From Lama glama (Eukaryota), in NCBI GenBank assembly GCA_028534125.1, contig CM052817.1:61196001-61260000 (forward strand): 64,000 nucleotides of DNA, written 5' to 3'. This document shows, one piece after another, positions 14,350-28,981 of the stretch. The stretch's first letter is position 1. Each line of letters starts with the position of its first letter. The notes beneath the pieces are model-generated. The model worked only from the letters and a program-made list of their open reading frames with translations. It was not told the DNA's origin and did no database searches. The translations under genes and the position numbers were made by a program.

Positions 14350-15194
14350 TAATAAATATCTTCTCATTTTTAATATTGTTCCTCAGTTTTCCAAACTCCT
14401 TCATGAATTCTTACAGGAACCTTAGGAGCTATTAATAGCTTTGGGGTTTTTTAGATGCAAAGATTGAAGTTTAAGAAGACTAAGTGACTCATCTGAGGTC
14501 ATACAGCTATTTGGGAATTGGATTTTCTGGGTTGATCCTTCCCCCACCCGGCCAAAAAAGGAAGGAGGCAGTTTTTCATTGGTAATTTTGTTTGTTTTCT
14601 ACAGATCAGATCTCTTTACAGTGATGTTTTGAGAGGTATATTTTCTTGTGTCCTTTCTAATTGCATTGTAGCTTTATTTATGTACACCTGAGTCAGTAGG
14701 ACCATAATGTCTTGAGGAAAGTCCTAGCTGGTAATCAGCATTCCTTCATATAGTAAATATGTATGCTTTGTTCGAAGCTCAGAACACAAAACTAAATACA
14801 TTTGAAGGGACTTGCATTATAAAAGCACCTCCAATTTTTCTTTGATAAATGCTGTCTAGATTTTTTATTCTAACTTGTACATACCAAACAAGTAAAAATA
14901 ACCTGTAATCCTACTACCAAAAATGTATTTAAGGGATGAAAGCAAACCTACACACCATTATAAAACACACACATTAGGTTACAAAATATAATTATAGTTT
15001 TGGTTTGCATTTTAAGAAAAGTCATTTGATGATTTATTGTGGATAACTTATCAGTACAGTCAGCTACTTCATAGCATTCCTGTCTGACTATGCATAGGAT
15101 TAGTTTATTAACTGTTTCTCTATTAATTACCATTTACATTTACATTATTTTATTATTATAGAACTAAAGTAAATAGCCTTGTAAATAAATCTTT

Positions 15195-15601
15195 TTTTTA
15201 TTGAAGTATAGTCAGTTTATAATATGTCAATTTCTGGTGTACAGCGTAATAGTTGTCATACATATACATACATATATTTTTTTTCATATTCTTTTTCACT
15301 ATAAGTTACTGCAAGAAATTGAATATAGTTCCCTTTGCTATACAGTGGGACCTTGTTGTTTATCTATTTTATATATAGTAGTTAATATCTGCAAATCTCA
15401 AACTCCCAATTTATCCCTTGCCACCCCCTTCCCCTCCTGGTAACCATAAGTTTGTTTTCTATGTTTTGTAAATGAGTTCTTTTGTCTTTTTTTTTAGATT
15501 CCACATATGAGTGATATCATAATAGTATTTTTCTTTCTCTTTCTGGCTTATTTCACTTAAAATGACAATCTCCAGTTCCATCCATGTTGCTGCAAATGGC
15601 A
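15195..15601 (-). mobile_element. Short L1 3'-end fragment
   Basis: 'ttgaagtatagtcagtttataat...ccatgttgctgcaaatggcat'; TSD taaataaatcttt / taagtaaatcttt. Confidence 0.85.
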
Positions 15602-16947
15602 TAAGTAAATCTTTATGTTGTTATTTCTGTGGGCTAAACTTCAAACAAGGATGCTGAATCAAAAGGGTATACACATTTAAATTTTAATATATAGTTCAAT
15701 TTTACTTTTAAAATTTCTGCCAATTTATGCTTTCATCAGCAGTATAAATAAGTACCCATTATCGTAAGTGGATTTTTTTTGTTTGTTTTTAATTTTTTTG
15801 AAACTTAAAAATATACACAAAAATGGAAAATAGTACAATATTTCTCATGGGCCCATCATCTTTCTTAAACAGTTATCTACTTCATATTTATCCCCCTAAG
15901 TGGATTGTATTGGAGTGGATTCCAAAGATGATATTTTATCCACATGAAGTATTTTTAAACCTCTCATTTTCACCAATTTGAGCAAGGGAACAGTATTGTG
16001 TGATTAGTGGGTGCTGCCTACATTGAGTGTTAAGATTCTTCCTTTTCTTCTACTTAGTAGCTGTGTGACCTTGGGCAGTGTTGCCTAACTCTTCTTTGTT
16101 TCCTTAGCAAATAAAATAATATAATAGTACCAAACTCAAAGTTGTTGTGAAGAAGTGACAAAGTTAGTGTAAATTTCTTCTTATAGTGAGTGGCACATAG
16201 GAAGTACATAGTACATGTTAGCATTTATTTATTCTTAAGGGCCATCTGATGATAGAAAATGGTACGGGCAAAACTTGACTGTGTCTTCCTCATTATAGCA
16301 TCCCTACTCTAAAAGTTCCTGAAAAATGGTAGTCTCAGTTAACATTTGTTGAGTTGCTAAATGGTTTGGGAAGTTTTAGATATTCTTTCTTGTCCTCTTC
16401 GTATATCAATATTCCACAGTATTCCCAGTGAAAAATTTGTAGAATAACTTTATTCCACAGTAGTATCTAATCTGTTTTTTCCTCAGCAACTTATATCATT
16501 CAACTTTATTCATTAATTTAACAGATACTTATTGTGCACCCACTGCTGGGCACGAGATGCTATTTTAGGCACTGAGAATATATATGGAAACAAAATGTAC
16601 ATAACAGTTGCCCTCATGAAGTTTACAGTCCTCATTAAATTTGAACTTTAGCTGAGTTTTTTTTCTTCTCATTCTCGTACTAGACTTTGATATTCTTTTT
16701 TTAAAAAGTCAAGAGGCAAACTACAAGGAGAGAAGAAATCAGAGTTTTTTAAGTAAACTTTTCATGGTTCCTCTTAGAATGGACAGGACAGTCATGTCAG
16801 TCATCTTCATCTTTAATGTAGTACACTTTAGAGGTAATGTGTAGAATGATAGCTTTGTCTTACCAAGATAAGGTATCCTTCAAGATACTGTATCATTAAG
16901 ACATGAAACTATTTTTGGCTTATTAGGACAATTTTCAACATAAGGAC

Positions 16948-19272
16948 TTTTTTTTAATATATTCTTTTTCAGATTCTTTTCCATTATAGGTCATTAGAAA
17001 ATACCTTATATAGTTCCCTGTACTGTATAGCAGGTCCTTGTTGTTTATCTACTTTATGTGTAGTGTATATATGTTAATCCCAAACTCCTAATTTATCCCT
17101 CCCCTCCACTCTTTTCCCCTTTGGTAGCCGCAGTTTTCTATGTCTGTGAGTCTGTTTCTAGTTTTTAATAAGTTTACTTGTATCTTTTTTTTTTCAGATT
17201 CCACATGTGATATTATATGATACTTGTCATTCTCTAACTACTTAGTATGATCATCTCTGCGTCCAACCATTTTGCTGCAAATGGCATTATTTCATTCTTT
17301 TTAATGACTGAGTAATATCCTGTTGTATACATGTAACACGTCTTCTTTATGCATTCATCTGTCGCTGGACATTTAGGTTGCTTGCATGTTGTGGCTATTG
17401 TAGGTAGTGCTGCTGGGAACATTGGGGTTCATGTATCTTTGAACAGTTTTATCTGGATATATATGCAGAAGTGGGATTGCTGGGTCATACGGTAACTCTA
17501 TTTTTAGTTTTTTAAGGAACCTCCATACTATTTTTCATAGCGGTTGCACCAATTTATATTTCCACCAACAGTATAGGAGGATTCCTTTTTCTCCACACCT
17601 CCTTCAGCATTTATTATTTATAGAGTTTTAAATGATGGCCATTGTCACTGGTGTGAGGTGATGCTTCACTGTAGTTTTGATTTGCATTTTTCTAATAATT
17701 GGTGATGTTGAACATTTTTTCATGTGCTTGTTGGCCATCTGTATGTTTCTTTGGAGAATACCTATTTAAGTCTTCTGCCCATTTTTGGATTTTTTTTTTT
17801 AATATTAAGCTGTATGAGCTGTTTGTATATTTTAGAAATTAATCCCTTGTCCATAGCATAGTTTTTGAATATTTTCTCCCATTCCATAGGTTGTCTTTTC
17901 ATTTTGTTTATGGTTTCCTTCACTGTGCAAAAGCTTTTACGTTTAACCAGGTCCCATTTGCTTAGTTTTGCTTTTATTTCCATCACTCTAGGAGATGGAT
18001 TGAAAAAAAAATTCCGGCTTTTTATGTCACAGACTGTTCTGCCTACATTTTCCTCTAGAAAATTTTAGAGTATCTGATCTTACGTTTAGGTCTTTAGTTC
18101 ATTTTGAGTTTTTGTATGTGGTGTTAGAGATTGTTCTAATTTCATTCGTTTACATGTAGCTGTTCAGTTTTCCCAGTAAGCTGTCCACTTACTAAAGATA
18201 CTATCTTTTCTCCATTGTATATTCTTAACGCCTGGTGTAGATTAATTATAAGCACATGGATTTATTTCTGGGCTTCCTGTCTTGTTCTGTTGATAGATGT
18301 GTCTGTTTTTATGCCAGTACCATACATACTATTTTGATTACTGTAGCTTAGTATAGTCTGAGGTCAGGGAGTGTGATTCCTCCAGCTTCATTCTTTTTCA
18401 AGATTGTTTTGGCCATTTGGGGTCTTTTGTGTTCCTGTGCAAATTTAAAAATTTTTTTGTTTCAGTTCTGTGAAAAAAATCTGTATATTGCCTTGGGTAG
18501 CATGAACATTGTAACAATATTGATTCTTCCAATCCAAGAACACGGTATATCTTTCCATCTGTGTTGTCTTCGATTTCTTTTATCAGTGTCTTAGTTTTTG
18601 GAGTACAGGTCTTTGCCTCCTTAGGTAGGTTTATTCCTAGGTATTTTATTCTTTTTGATCCTTTCCTTAATTTCTCTTTGTGATATTTTATTGTTAGTAT
18701 ATAGAAATGCAACAGATTTCTGTGTATTCATTTTGTATCTTGCAGTTTTACCAAATTCATTGATAAGCTCTAGCAGTTTTCTGGTGGCATCTTTAGGATT
18801 TTCTATATATAGCATCATGTCATCTGCAAACAGTGACAGTTTTACTTTTTTTTTTTTCAGTTTGAATTCCTTGTATTTCTTTTTCTTCTCTGATTACTGT
18901 GGCTAGACCTCCAAAACTATGTTGAATAAAAATGGCAAGAGTGGGCATCCTTGTCTTGTTCCTGATCTTAGAGGAAATACTTTCAGCTTTTTACGACAGA
19001 ATATGATGTTAACTTGGGTTTGTCATATATGGCCTTTATTATGTAGAGCTGTGTTCCCTCTGTGCCCACTTTCTGGAGAGTTTTTATCATAAATGGATGT
19101 TGAATTTTATCAAAAGCTTTTTCTGCATCTATTGAGATGATCATGTGGTTTTTATTCTTCAGTTTGTTAATGTGGTGTATTGCATTGATTGATTTGTGAA
19201 TATTGAAAAACCCCTACGTTCCTGGGATAAATCTCAGTTGATCATGTTGTATGATCCTTTTAATGTACTGCT
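16948..19272 (-). mobile_element. 5'-truncated LINE-1 (3'UTR plus distal ORF2), decayed
   Basis: - strand ORF fragments match L1 ORF2p: [61 protein letters not shown]. Confidence 0.93.
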
Positions 19273-19512
19273 GGAGGCAGGTAACTTTGAAGTGACGCTG
19301 GTGCATAACCTTTTTAATACTGGAGAAATACTACATTTTTAAAGTGATTTCTACTTCTGAAAAACTGAAAAGAGTCTGTTTACTTTTCTTTCAATTCGGT
19401 TGACATTTATTGTAGAAGAAATAGCATTGGGCCTGATATCAAGAGAACAATCTACAAGTATTTTCATTATAATAACACTTTTGCCTTTGTTTTGCATTAA
19501 TGATTCTTATAA

Positions 19513-19665
<153 letters not shown>

Positions 19666-20979
19666 TGAATTGCAGTATCAAAATTATCTGCTTAAGCACA
19701 GAATATGTTGAGTCTGTGGATATCAAACCTGAAAATATACCTCAATGAATCAGTCCTCTCTCTCACAACTAAGAGAACTTATGTTTGCATTTCATTTGTG
19801 ACTGCTGTTGCTTTCTGTTTAATTAATCTAGTATTATTACTTATCTCTGAAGTACAAAATTAATTTTAAAAGGTATCCTAGTGGTGTGGTAAAGTAACTT
19901 TTTGGGAAAATTTGCTTTTAATTTAAATTTTATTTTATAAAATTTATACATACATACGGTTGTACACAATTATGTAAAACAACTGTTACAATCGCCAGTA
20001 CCATTTTCTCCTCCCCAGTGACAGCTACTTGTAATTGTTGAAATAGAGGACTCTATTGATATTTAACTACTTATCTAAAATTAATAGTGGTTATGCTTTT
20101 ACTGGGTTACTCTGGTTTTCCATTAACTTTTGCTTTATAAATATATCTACTGAGAAGCCTCCCAGTGAATCTAGACATAGTCTTCCCTGTCTTTATTCAT
20201 GACAGCACATGAATAAACACAGTTTCTTTTTGGTAATCAAAATCAAAATCTGTCACTCCAACAAGCACAGTAACCTCTTTCTTGGCCTCAGTTGGTGGTA
20301 TATGAAGCCCTAAATAGCAGATGACAGTCTCGACCCTAATTTAATGGGACAGTTGTTGTGTCCTTCCATGGAAGTATTCTTCTCTTGAGAGAACTAATAA
20401 TGGTAGGCAGTAAAGATTCTGTAAGTTTTTAGGTGTGAGGAACAACTGTGGTCTAAGAGCCTAGGCCCACATTTTAGTTTACATACCTATATATAGGCTA
20501 TGTGAGAAATAACATGTATTTTTAAAACTTTTTTAATTAAAATATAGTTGATTTACAATGTTGTGTTAGTTTCAGGTATGCAGCAAAGTGATTCAATTTT
20601 ACATACATAAATTCTTTTTCTGATTCTTTTCCATTATAGACAAGATACTGAATATAGTTCCTTGTGCTATATACAGTTGGTCCTTGTTTATCTGTTTTAT
20701 GTATAGTAGTATGTATCTGTTAATTCCAAACTCCTAATTTTTCTCTCCCTCTCCCCCTTTTCCCTTTGGTAACCATAAGTTACTATGTCTGAGAGTCTGT
20801 TTCTGCTTTGTAAATAAATAAGTTCATTTGTATCATTTTTTTCTATTGCACGTAAGTGATACCGTATGATATTTGTCTTTCTCTGTCTGACTTACTTCAT
20901 TTAGTATGAAAATCTGTTGGTCCATTCACGTTGCTGCAAGTGGCAGTATTTCACTCTTTATGGCTGAGTAATAGTCCAT

Positions 20980-21052
20980 TGTGTGTGTGTGTGTCTATGT
21001 ATATGTATGTGTATATATACATATACATACATACATACATTTATATATATAT
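20980..21052. repeat. (TG)n/(TA)n/(TACA)n compound repeat inside the L1
   Basis: Direct reading. Confidence 0.85.
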
Positions 21053-23342
21053 CACATCTTTATTCATCTATCAATGGACACTTAGGTTGCTTCCATGTCT
21101 TATCTGTTGTACATAGTGCTGCTGGGAACATTAGGGTACATGTGTATTTTTGAATTAGAGGTTTCTCCAGATATATGCCCATAAGTGGGATTGCTGGATC
21201 ATAACGGTAACTCTATTTTTAGTTTCTTAAGTAACCTACAGACGGTTCTCCATAGTGACTGCACCAATTTACATTCCCACCAACAGTGTAGAAGGGTTCT
21301 CTTTTCTCCATACCTTCTCAAGCAAGTATTATTTGTGGACTTCGATGATGGTCTTTCTGACCTGTGTGAGGTGATAACTCATTGTAGTTTTGATTTGCAT
21401 TCCTCTGATGACTAGCAATATTGATCATCTTTTCTTGTACCTGTTGGCCATCTGCATGTCCTCTTTGGAGTATTTAGGTCTTCTGCCCATTTTTTGATTG
21501 GATTTTTGTTTGTTTGTTTTTGATAATGAGGTATCTGAGCTGTTTTTATGTTTTGGAAATTAATCCCTTGTCAGTAGCATCATTTGTGAATATTTTCTCC
21601 CATTCCATAGGTTGTTTTTTCATTTTGTTTATGGTTCCTTTGCTGAGCAAAGGTTTATAAGTTTGATTAGGTCCATTTGTTTATTTTTGTTTTTCTTTCT
21701 TTTGCCTGGTAGACTGACCTGAGAAAACATTGCTACGATTTATGTCAGAGAATGTTTTGCCTATGTTCCTTTCTAGGAGTTATATAGTGCCGTGTCTTAC
21801 ATTTAGGTCTTCAATCCATTTTAAGTTTATTTTTGTATATGGTGTTAGAGAATGTTCTAATTTCATTCTTTTACATGTAGCTGTCCAGTTTTCCCAGCAC
21901 CACTTATTGAAGAGACTGTCTTTTTTCCATTGTATATTCTTGCCTCCTCTATCAAAGATTAATTGATTGTAGGTGTATGGGTTTATTTCTAGGCTCTCTG
22001 TTCTGTTGCATTGATCCATATATCTGTTTTTTTGTGCCAGTACCATGCTGTTTTGATTACTGTAGCTCTGTATAATTGTCTGACATCGGACAGTAATACT
22101 GCCATCTTTGTTCTTTTTCTTCAGGATTGCTTTGACAATCCGAGTCTCTTGTGGTTCCATATAAACTTTAGGATTATTTGTTCCAGTTCTGTGAAAAATG
22201 TCCTGGATAATTTGATCAGGATCATATTAAATCTGTAGATTGCTTTGGGTAATATGGCCATTTTAACAATATTAATTCTTCCCATCCAAGAGCATAGGAT
22301 ATCTTTCTCTTTCTTGGAATCATCATCAGTTTCCTTTACCAGTGTTTTATAATTTTCAGCATATAAGTCTTTCAGGTTTTTTCTTAGATTTTTTTTTGAT
22401 GCACTTTTAAAAGAGATTGTTATTGACTTTTTCTTTCTGATAGCTCATTGTTAGTGTAAAGAAGTGCGACATTTCTGTATGTTAATCTTGTATCCTGATT
22501 CCTTGCTAAGTTTGTTTATCAGGTCTAGTTTCTGTGTGGAGTCTTTAGAGTTTTCTATATGTAGCATCATGTCATCTGTGTATAGTGATGTTTTACCTCT
22601 TCCCTTCCAATTTGGATCCCTTTTATTTCTTTTTCTTGTCTGATTGCTGTGGCTCGGACTTGAAATACTAGGTTGAATAGAAGTGGTGAGAGTGGACATC
22701 CGTGTTCCAGATTTTTGCAGGAAGGCTTCCAACTTTTTACCATTGAGTATTATGTTGGATGTGGGTTGTCATAAATAGCTTTTATTATGTTGTGATATGT
22801 TCCCTCTGTACCCACTCTGATAAGAGTTTTTATCATGAATGGATCAGAATTTTATCAAATGCTTTTTCTGCATCTATTGAAATGATCATGTGGTTTTTGT
22901 CCTTTCTTTGGTTGATGTGGTATAACACATTGATTTGTTTATGTTGAACCATCCTTGTGACCCTGGGATAAATCCAGTTTGATCATGCTGTATTATCCCT
23001 TTAATGTGTTGTTGGATTCAGCTTGCTAATATTTTGTTGAGAATTTTTGCTTCTATATTCATCAAAGATACTGGCCTGTAATTTTCTTTTTTCGTAGTGT
23101 ATTTGCTTTTGGTATCATGGTGATGGTGGCTTCATATAAGTTTGGGAGTGTTCATTTCTCTTCAGTCTTTTGGAAGAGTTTGAGAAGGATCAGTGTAAGT
23201 TCTTTTGTGTATGTTTGGTAGAATTCCCCAGGGAAGCCATCCTGTCCTGGACTTTTCTTTGAAGGGAGTATTGTTTTGTTTTGTTTTAATTACAGATTCT
23301 ATTTCACTTCTAATGATTGATTTATTCAAATTATCTATTTCT

Positions 23343-23485
23343 GTTTTTTGTTTGTTTGTTTGTTTTTTTGGACAGTGGTCATTAGGTTTATTGATTTATT
23401 TATTTTTATTGGAGGATCTGGGGGTTTAACCCAGGACCTTGTGCATGCTAAAAACACACTCTACTATGGAGTTATACCCTCCCCC
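23343..23485 (-). mobile_element. tRNA-Ala-derived SINE (camelid vic-1-like) inserted into an L1
   Basis: tRNA-like head, A-rich tail; degenerate TSD ttatctatttct / ttatctgttgct. Confidence 0.85.
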
Positions 23486-24091
23486 TTATCTGTTGCTTCT
23501 TGATTGAGTGGTGGTAGGCTGTGTTTCTAGAAACTTGTCCATTTCTTGTAGGTTGTTTGATTTGTTGGTATATAATTTTTCATAGTATTCTCTTACAGTT
23601 TTTTTAATATCTGTGGTATCAGTTGTTATTTCTGTCCTTTCATTTCTTATTTTGCCTATTTGGGTCCTCTCTTTTTTCTTCTTGGTGAGTCTGGACAGAG
23701 GCTTGTCAATTTTGTTTATCCTTTCAGAAAACCAGCTCTTGGTTTTATTGATTTTTCCCTATTATTTTCATCTATATTTTATTTAAGAAATAGCATCATA
23801 TTAATTGCTGATTCAAAGCATTTACTTTGCTTGTACATTTGTTGAACAGCATATTAGCGTTGAGGGTATTATCAGTAAGTTCACATTCTGAATTTTCTCT
23901 AAGTGATACTACTGTTCTGTATGCCAGCTGTTTCTAGGTATTGAGGCACATAGTAAGATCAGTGAATTCCATGGACTTGAATCCATTTGATGTGCTTTTC
24001 TTCTGGTGAAATTAACTCCCCTGGTCAGAAACATTGATTGTTGTGTCATAGTGTGCTGTTCCTTAATTAAGCTTTCTATATACCTGCATAT

Positions 24092-24511
24092 GATGCATTA
24101 TTTTCCTGGGGGTCTTGTAACAAGGAACACAAACAGTGGCTTAAACGATGGAAATACATTGTTTCACAGTTCTGTAGTCTGGAAGTCCAAGATCAAGGTG
24201 TCAGAAGGGTTAGTTCCTTCTGAAGGCTGTTCCATCCCTCTCTGGCTAGCTTTTGGTGATTTGCTGGCAATCTTTGATATTCCTTGGCTTGTATATCTTT
24301 GCTTTCATCTTCATACTGTGTACTCCCCATGTGCTTGTCTATCTCCAAATTTCCTTTCTTTATAAGGACACCAGGCATTGGATTAGGGCCTACCCTAATG
24401 ATCTCATTTTAATTTGATTACCTGCGTAAAGACCCTGTTTCCAAGTGAGGCCATGTTCTGAGGGCGTTATTCAGCATAAGAATTTTGGAGGAAGAGAATT
24501 CTATTCATAAC
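24092..24511 (-). mobile_element. MLT1-type LTR
   Basis: 'ggaagtccaagatcaaggtgtcag...ttataaggacaccaggcattggattagggcctaccctaatg'. Confidence 0.8.
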
Positions 24512-25562
24512 TGCTTTTACTAAATGCAGGTGGATAGGAAAGGCTAATACATACTCAAAATAGTTATATTACTGTCTATTTCATGATGAAAGGTCAAATG
24601 TAATCAACTTGCCACCAAACAGTTGACTGAATCTCCCAAGGAATGATGCTGTCACGAGAACTCATTGTTGGCTTCTGCTCTTGGCAGGTTGAATACTCAC
24701 CAGTAGCAATAGCCAGATAAATCTTGGGGTGAGAAAGTCTTATCTTGTGAATCTCTGTGCACAGACTCAGTGCATGTTGTCATGGCCATTTGTATATAGA
24801 CCCATTGAGCATGCATCCAAGTGGCTGTGGTCTTATTTTGGTTCACAGAATGGCTCATCTTATCCACATGATTTTTTGAAAAACTCTGCAGTAGATGCCT
24901 TTTGCTTAACATTTACATGGAAAACTGTTATCCTTATATTCTATTCGCAGAAAAAGTTTAACAGCAACAAAAGAAGTTGAACAGTATACCTCTTCTGTAG
25001 ACTTCTGGTCACTGATCTTCCACTCTCATTCTTCTCCTTAGCTACTGTCCATGATATATCATTGATCTGTACCTCTGGCCATTTCTTTTTATACAAAATA
25101 GACAGCAAGTTGTACTTCCCAAAGTTGTGCATAGGGCTGCTTTCTTAATGTGATTATATTACAGTAGTTGTTCATTTTTAGCTGGTTCAAACAATTATGT
25201 AAACTCTTTATAAAGCAAGTTTAAGATTTTTCTCCCACTTTATCTGATAATCATAAAGAATTCCCCATAGTGCAGTAGACATTAGGTGAAGAAGTAAAGC
25301 AGAGAAGTAAATCCCATGGGAGTCTGAGACACATCTGTGCATGCAGCTTACTTACGCTTCCTGAACCTGCTCAAGTCCAGTCTCAAATATAGCATTTCCA
25401 CTCGAGGATGGGTTGCTCTGCTTATCCTCGGGGTAGTCTTAGGAGATCAGATACCCAGATCACGTAACAGCTCTCGTCTCCTGGTCACATGAGGTCCCAC
25501 AGTCAGCCATTCTGGTCCTGTCAGGACTCCCTTTCAAAGCCAGCAACTATTTCACAAAAAGA

Positions 25563-26623
25563 TTAGTTCATTCTGTTTTTAAAATGTCAGTTTGTTCCCA
25601 ATGCAGTAAATATGTTAGAGAACAGTTTGTGTATAACCTAAATTTTGCATTGTTTATGTACAAGTTTGTCCATGAGAAATACTATATAGATGAACACAGA
25701 AAACTGCACCCAGCTAACCTAGGCCACATAAGAATAAAATGGGCATACCTCAGACATCTACTGGCTGCCTCATTTCACCAACTTTGTTATCTTACAAGTT
25801 TATGTTATGCTATTCTTCCATGTTTGTGAAATTTTCTATTTGAAAAAAGCACTCATTCAGCATCCCAAACATATCTAAGCATTCTGGTTCAAAAACACTA
25901 CACAGTGCATACAAAAGGAAAATGAAATATTGAGAAGCTTGAAACAAACATTTGGAAAGAAATGAGAACATGTGATAGATACAGGCATAAAGGAATCAAC
26001 ATTGTGGACTGTCAGAGACAGTGCCACAAAGATGAAAGTGTATGACTGGATCATCTTAAAATGTTATGAAATCAATAAAAAGATGCATAAAGAAATAGAA
26101 GAAAAGGAAAAAATATTGAGCATTTTTATTAAAGACCAAAGGGTGAAAAAATCAGAAACTGTTTTCATGTGGACCTTTATATCTAAACACCTTAAATGGA
26201 AAGCACTGTATCCTGCAGAACTGGCTTCTCTTAGTGCCAGTCGTGATTGCTGTAGTAATTTCAAACAATGTTTCAAATCCCTAAGCTATCAGCTGTCACA
26301 CATGGAATCATGAATGCAGATGGGAAAGCTGCAAAAGAATTTCCCAAAGCTACAACCCTTCCAATGCCGACATCCCCAAAGAAACTTCGTATTTATTATG
26401 CCATATTTATTGTAGTATTTATCTCTTAATGATTTAATGTGTAAAATTATGCTACCCTTTTTTAAGGTTTCTTTCTCTTTTTTTAATGTGTCACTAATGA
26501 AGTTTTTGAATGTTGTAGCTCTAACACAGTTTTTCTCAAACACTGTAGCTTTAATTTTCATGATTTTGCATGGCACAGTCGTTTTTTGGAAATGCGTGTG
26601 TCCTGTTATAGCATAACAGACTA
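25563..26623 (+). mobile_element. TcMar-Tigger (Tigger13a-like) element with transposase remnant
   Basis: ORF 25972..26313 resembles a pogo/CENP-B HTH region (GIKESTL..., EKILSIFIKDQ, ASRDCCSNFK); 3' end 'gttatagcataacagact' followed by ATA. Confidence 0.65.
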
Positions 26624-27117
26624 TAGTTGTCAGCAGAAAAGGACATGACTTTCCTTGTAACCATATGGTCTCTGCGATGATTTTCCTGTTAGGGACTGCC
26701 ACATCTGGTTGGGGTCATCACCCATTTGTTTATGATTTAAACTAATTCTCCAAGACCCATTCAGCTTTTGCGTAGGCCAGGGAGGCACATTACCTTGGAA
26801 TCTGGGGTCTGTCAGTCTCTGCAGTTTCTTCAGAAATGTGATGGTGCTGCTGCTGCTGCTTCTTCAGAGGGGTAATTCTTGCGACTTAGATTTTGTGTTT
26901 TCTATAATTACGGCCCTTACTCTATGGGTCAAGGAGCTAATGTCAGATTTCTGTCAGTGCCAAATATGTCACATCTCACTCTGCTTTCTGGAACCAGAGA
27001 AATAACTGTAGGATTAATTTATAACCCCTGAGCCCAGTGAGACAGATTTGAGCCCAAATTACATGCTATTGTATATTTAATTCTCAAAATATATTTACGG
27101 TTTTCTAAATATTTTCA

Positions 27118-27545
27118 CTTTTTTTGAGGTGAAGTTCACATTGTGTGAAACTAACCATTAAAAATTCAGTGGCATCTAGTACATTCACAGTGTCATACAA
27201 CTTCCACTCCTGTCTAGTTCCAAAACAATGTTTTCACCCAGTAACAGCATGCTGTATCTTTTAAGCAGTTTGTCCCCTTTTTCTTTTTCCCCTACTCCCT
27301 GGCAACCACCACTTGGCTTTCTGTCTCTAAATTTACCAATTCTGAATATTTCATATAAATGTAATCATATAATATATCACCTTTTGTATCTAGCTTCTTT
27401 CACTGAGCTTAATATTTTTGAGGTTCATCCATGTTGTAGCATGTATCCATACTTCATTCTTTTTAAGGAATGAATAACATTCCATGTTATGGAAATACTA
27501 CAATTTGTTTATCCAGTCATCCTTTGATGGACATTAGGCTTAATT
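27118..27545 (-). mobile_element. L1MB-like 3' fragment
   Basis: 'tttttgaggtgaagttcacat...tttttgaggttcatccatgttgtagcatgtatc'. Confidence 0.75.
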
Positions 27546-28864
27546 TAAAACCGTGAATGTGCTTATATAAATGACTAAAGTTTAGGAAACACTTAGGCAA
27601 TGGAAAAACACTGATCTAGAGTTAGACACCTAAGTTTCTTTTTGCACCTCAGCTGATTATTGTCCATCTGTGACCTTTAAAAGGATTGTTCTTGGAGTTT
27701 GACTGTCTTCAACTATAAAGCGAGGCAGCAGTAAGAGTTTTTGAGGGCTTTGAAATGCTTTCTCTAAATATTACTGTTTTATTATTCCCCTTCTCAAAAT
27801 CGTACTGCTTTCGGAGTAAAGACTGACCTCAGTTTAGTACTCTAGGCCTTAAGCAGTATTAGCTCTGGTTTAATTTTTCAGCCTTATAGCCTACCCATGG
27901 TCTCTGTGCTCCAACCCAAATGGGCCACTTACTATTACAAAAACACATCCAGTTTTCTTCTTCCTACCCCTAACTTCTGTAGCATTGTATGTCTCTGTCT
28001 TGTGGAACTTCGTCTATTCCTGTGTGCAAGAGAGGTTATCATTCACAGGTTAGATATTTCTGTCTTCAGTAATGAAAGGGAAAAACGGCATTGTTGTGTA
28101 AGAAAGGAGGTAGAAGAGAAAGTATGAAACTGTACTTTTCTCTCTGTTGTTTGTATAGCATGTGGTACAGTTCTAAGCAAAGTAGATAAATACTTTTAGA
28201 TTAACTAAATGAAAGATTTTACTTATGTATGAACCCAAGGAACCTTCTTTTGCTTAAGTGTGGAATTTTAACCAGTTTCTTCAGATGAAATTAGGTGACA
28301 GAAAAGATGGAGGTAAGTATGTGTAAGTAGCCACAGTTATTCCCAAATTAATGTTTAGTTTATATATTACTTAGTTTCATATAAGTTTCTTTATCATTGT
28401 GTCATTTTTGTGTTGTGACTGAAAATTAATATTTAAGTCAATCAAGACTGAAGTAAAAGCAGACTTCTTTTTCTCAGTATTTGAACTTTGTAGGGGGATA
28501 GAAAATCGTGAGCATAGATGAGTTTGTTTTGCCATTAGCTTGAAGAGGCTTCAGTATACTTGAAAATTTTGAGTTAATTTGAGGATCATTCTAGTTGTTT
28601 TATTTAGCACATTTATCTCATTTTGAGTATTGTATGAAGTATGAGTTATTGGATATGCAGTAAAGGTCTTTCAGTGATCTTAAACCAGTAAAAATTTTTT
28701 GTCCTTAAGATATGAATTTGTCAATTTTCACATGAGCAAAAAGAAACATTTTTGAATTCTTCTGATCAAATGTGTTAACTTCCAAATCAAGTGAAAATAT
28801 AGATGTGATTTTCTTAAGACTACTGATGATCTCTTAAATTGGTTCTCTTTTTTCTCTCCTTTAG

Positions 28865-28981
<117 letters not shown>

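Larger units (their letters stand above)
20521..23785 (-). mobile_element. 5'-truncated LINE-1 (~3.2 kb) containing a nested SINE and a microsatellite
   Basis: ORF2p fragments [31 protein letters not shown] (RT YADD-like); approximate TSD agaaataacat / agaaatagcat. Confidence 0.93.
23840..26900 (-). mobile_element. ERVL/MaLR internal-region relic with a nested MLT1 LTR and a Tigger element
   Basis: - strand ORF 24697..24912 (NHVDKMSHSV...AQWVY) resembles the ERVL RNaseH-integrase junction. Confidence 0.55.

Noticed and set aside
25972..26313. Possible domesticated Tigger transposase gene
   Set aside because: Only 113 aa with a non-ATG start, degenerate motifs and no DDE domain.
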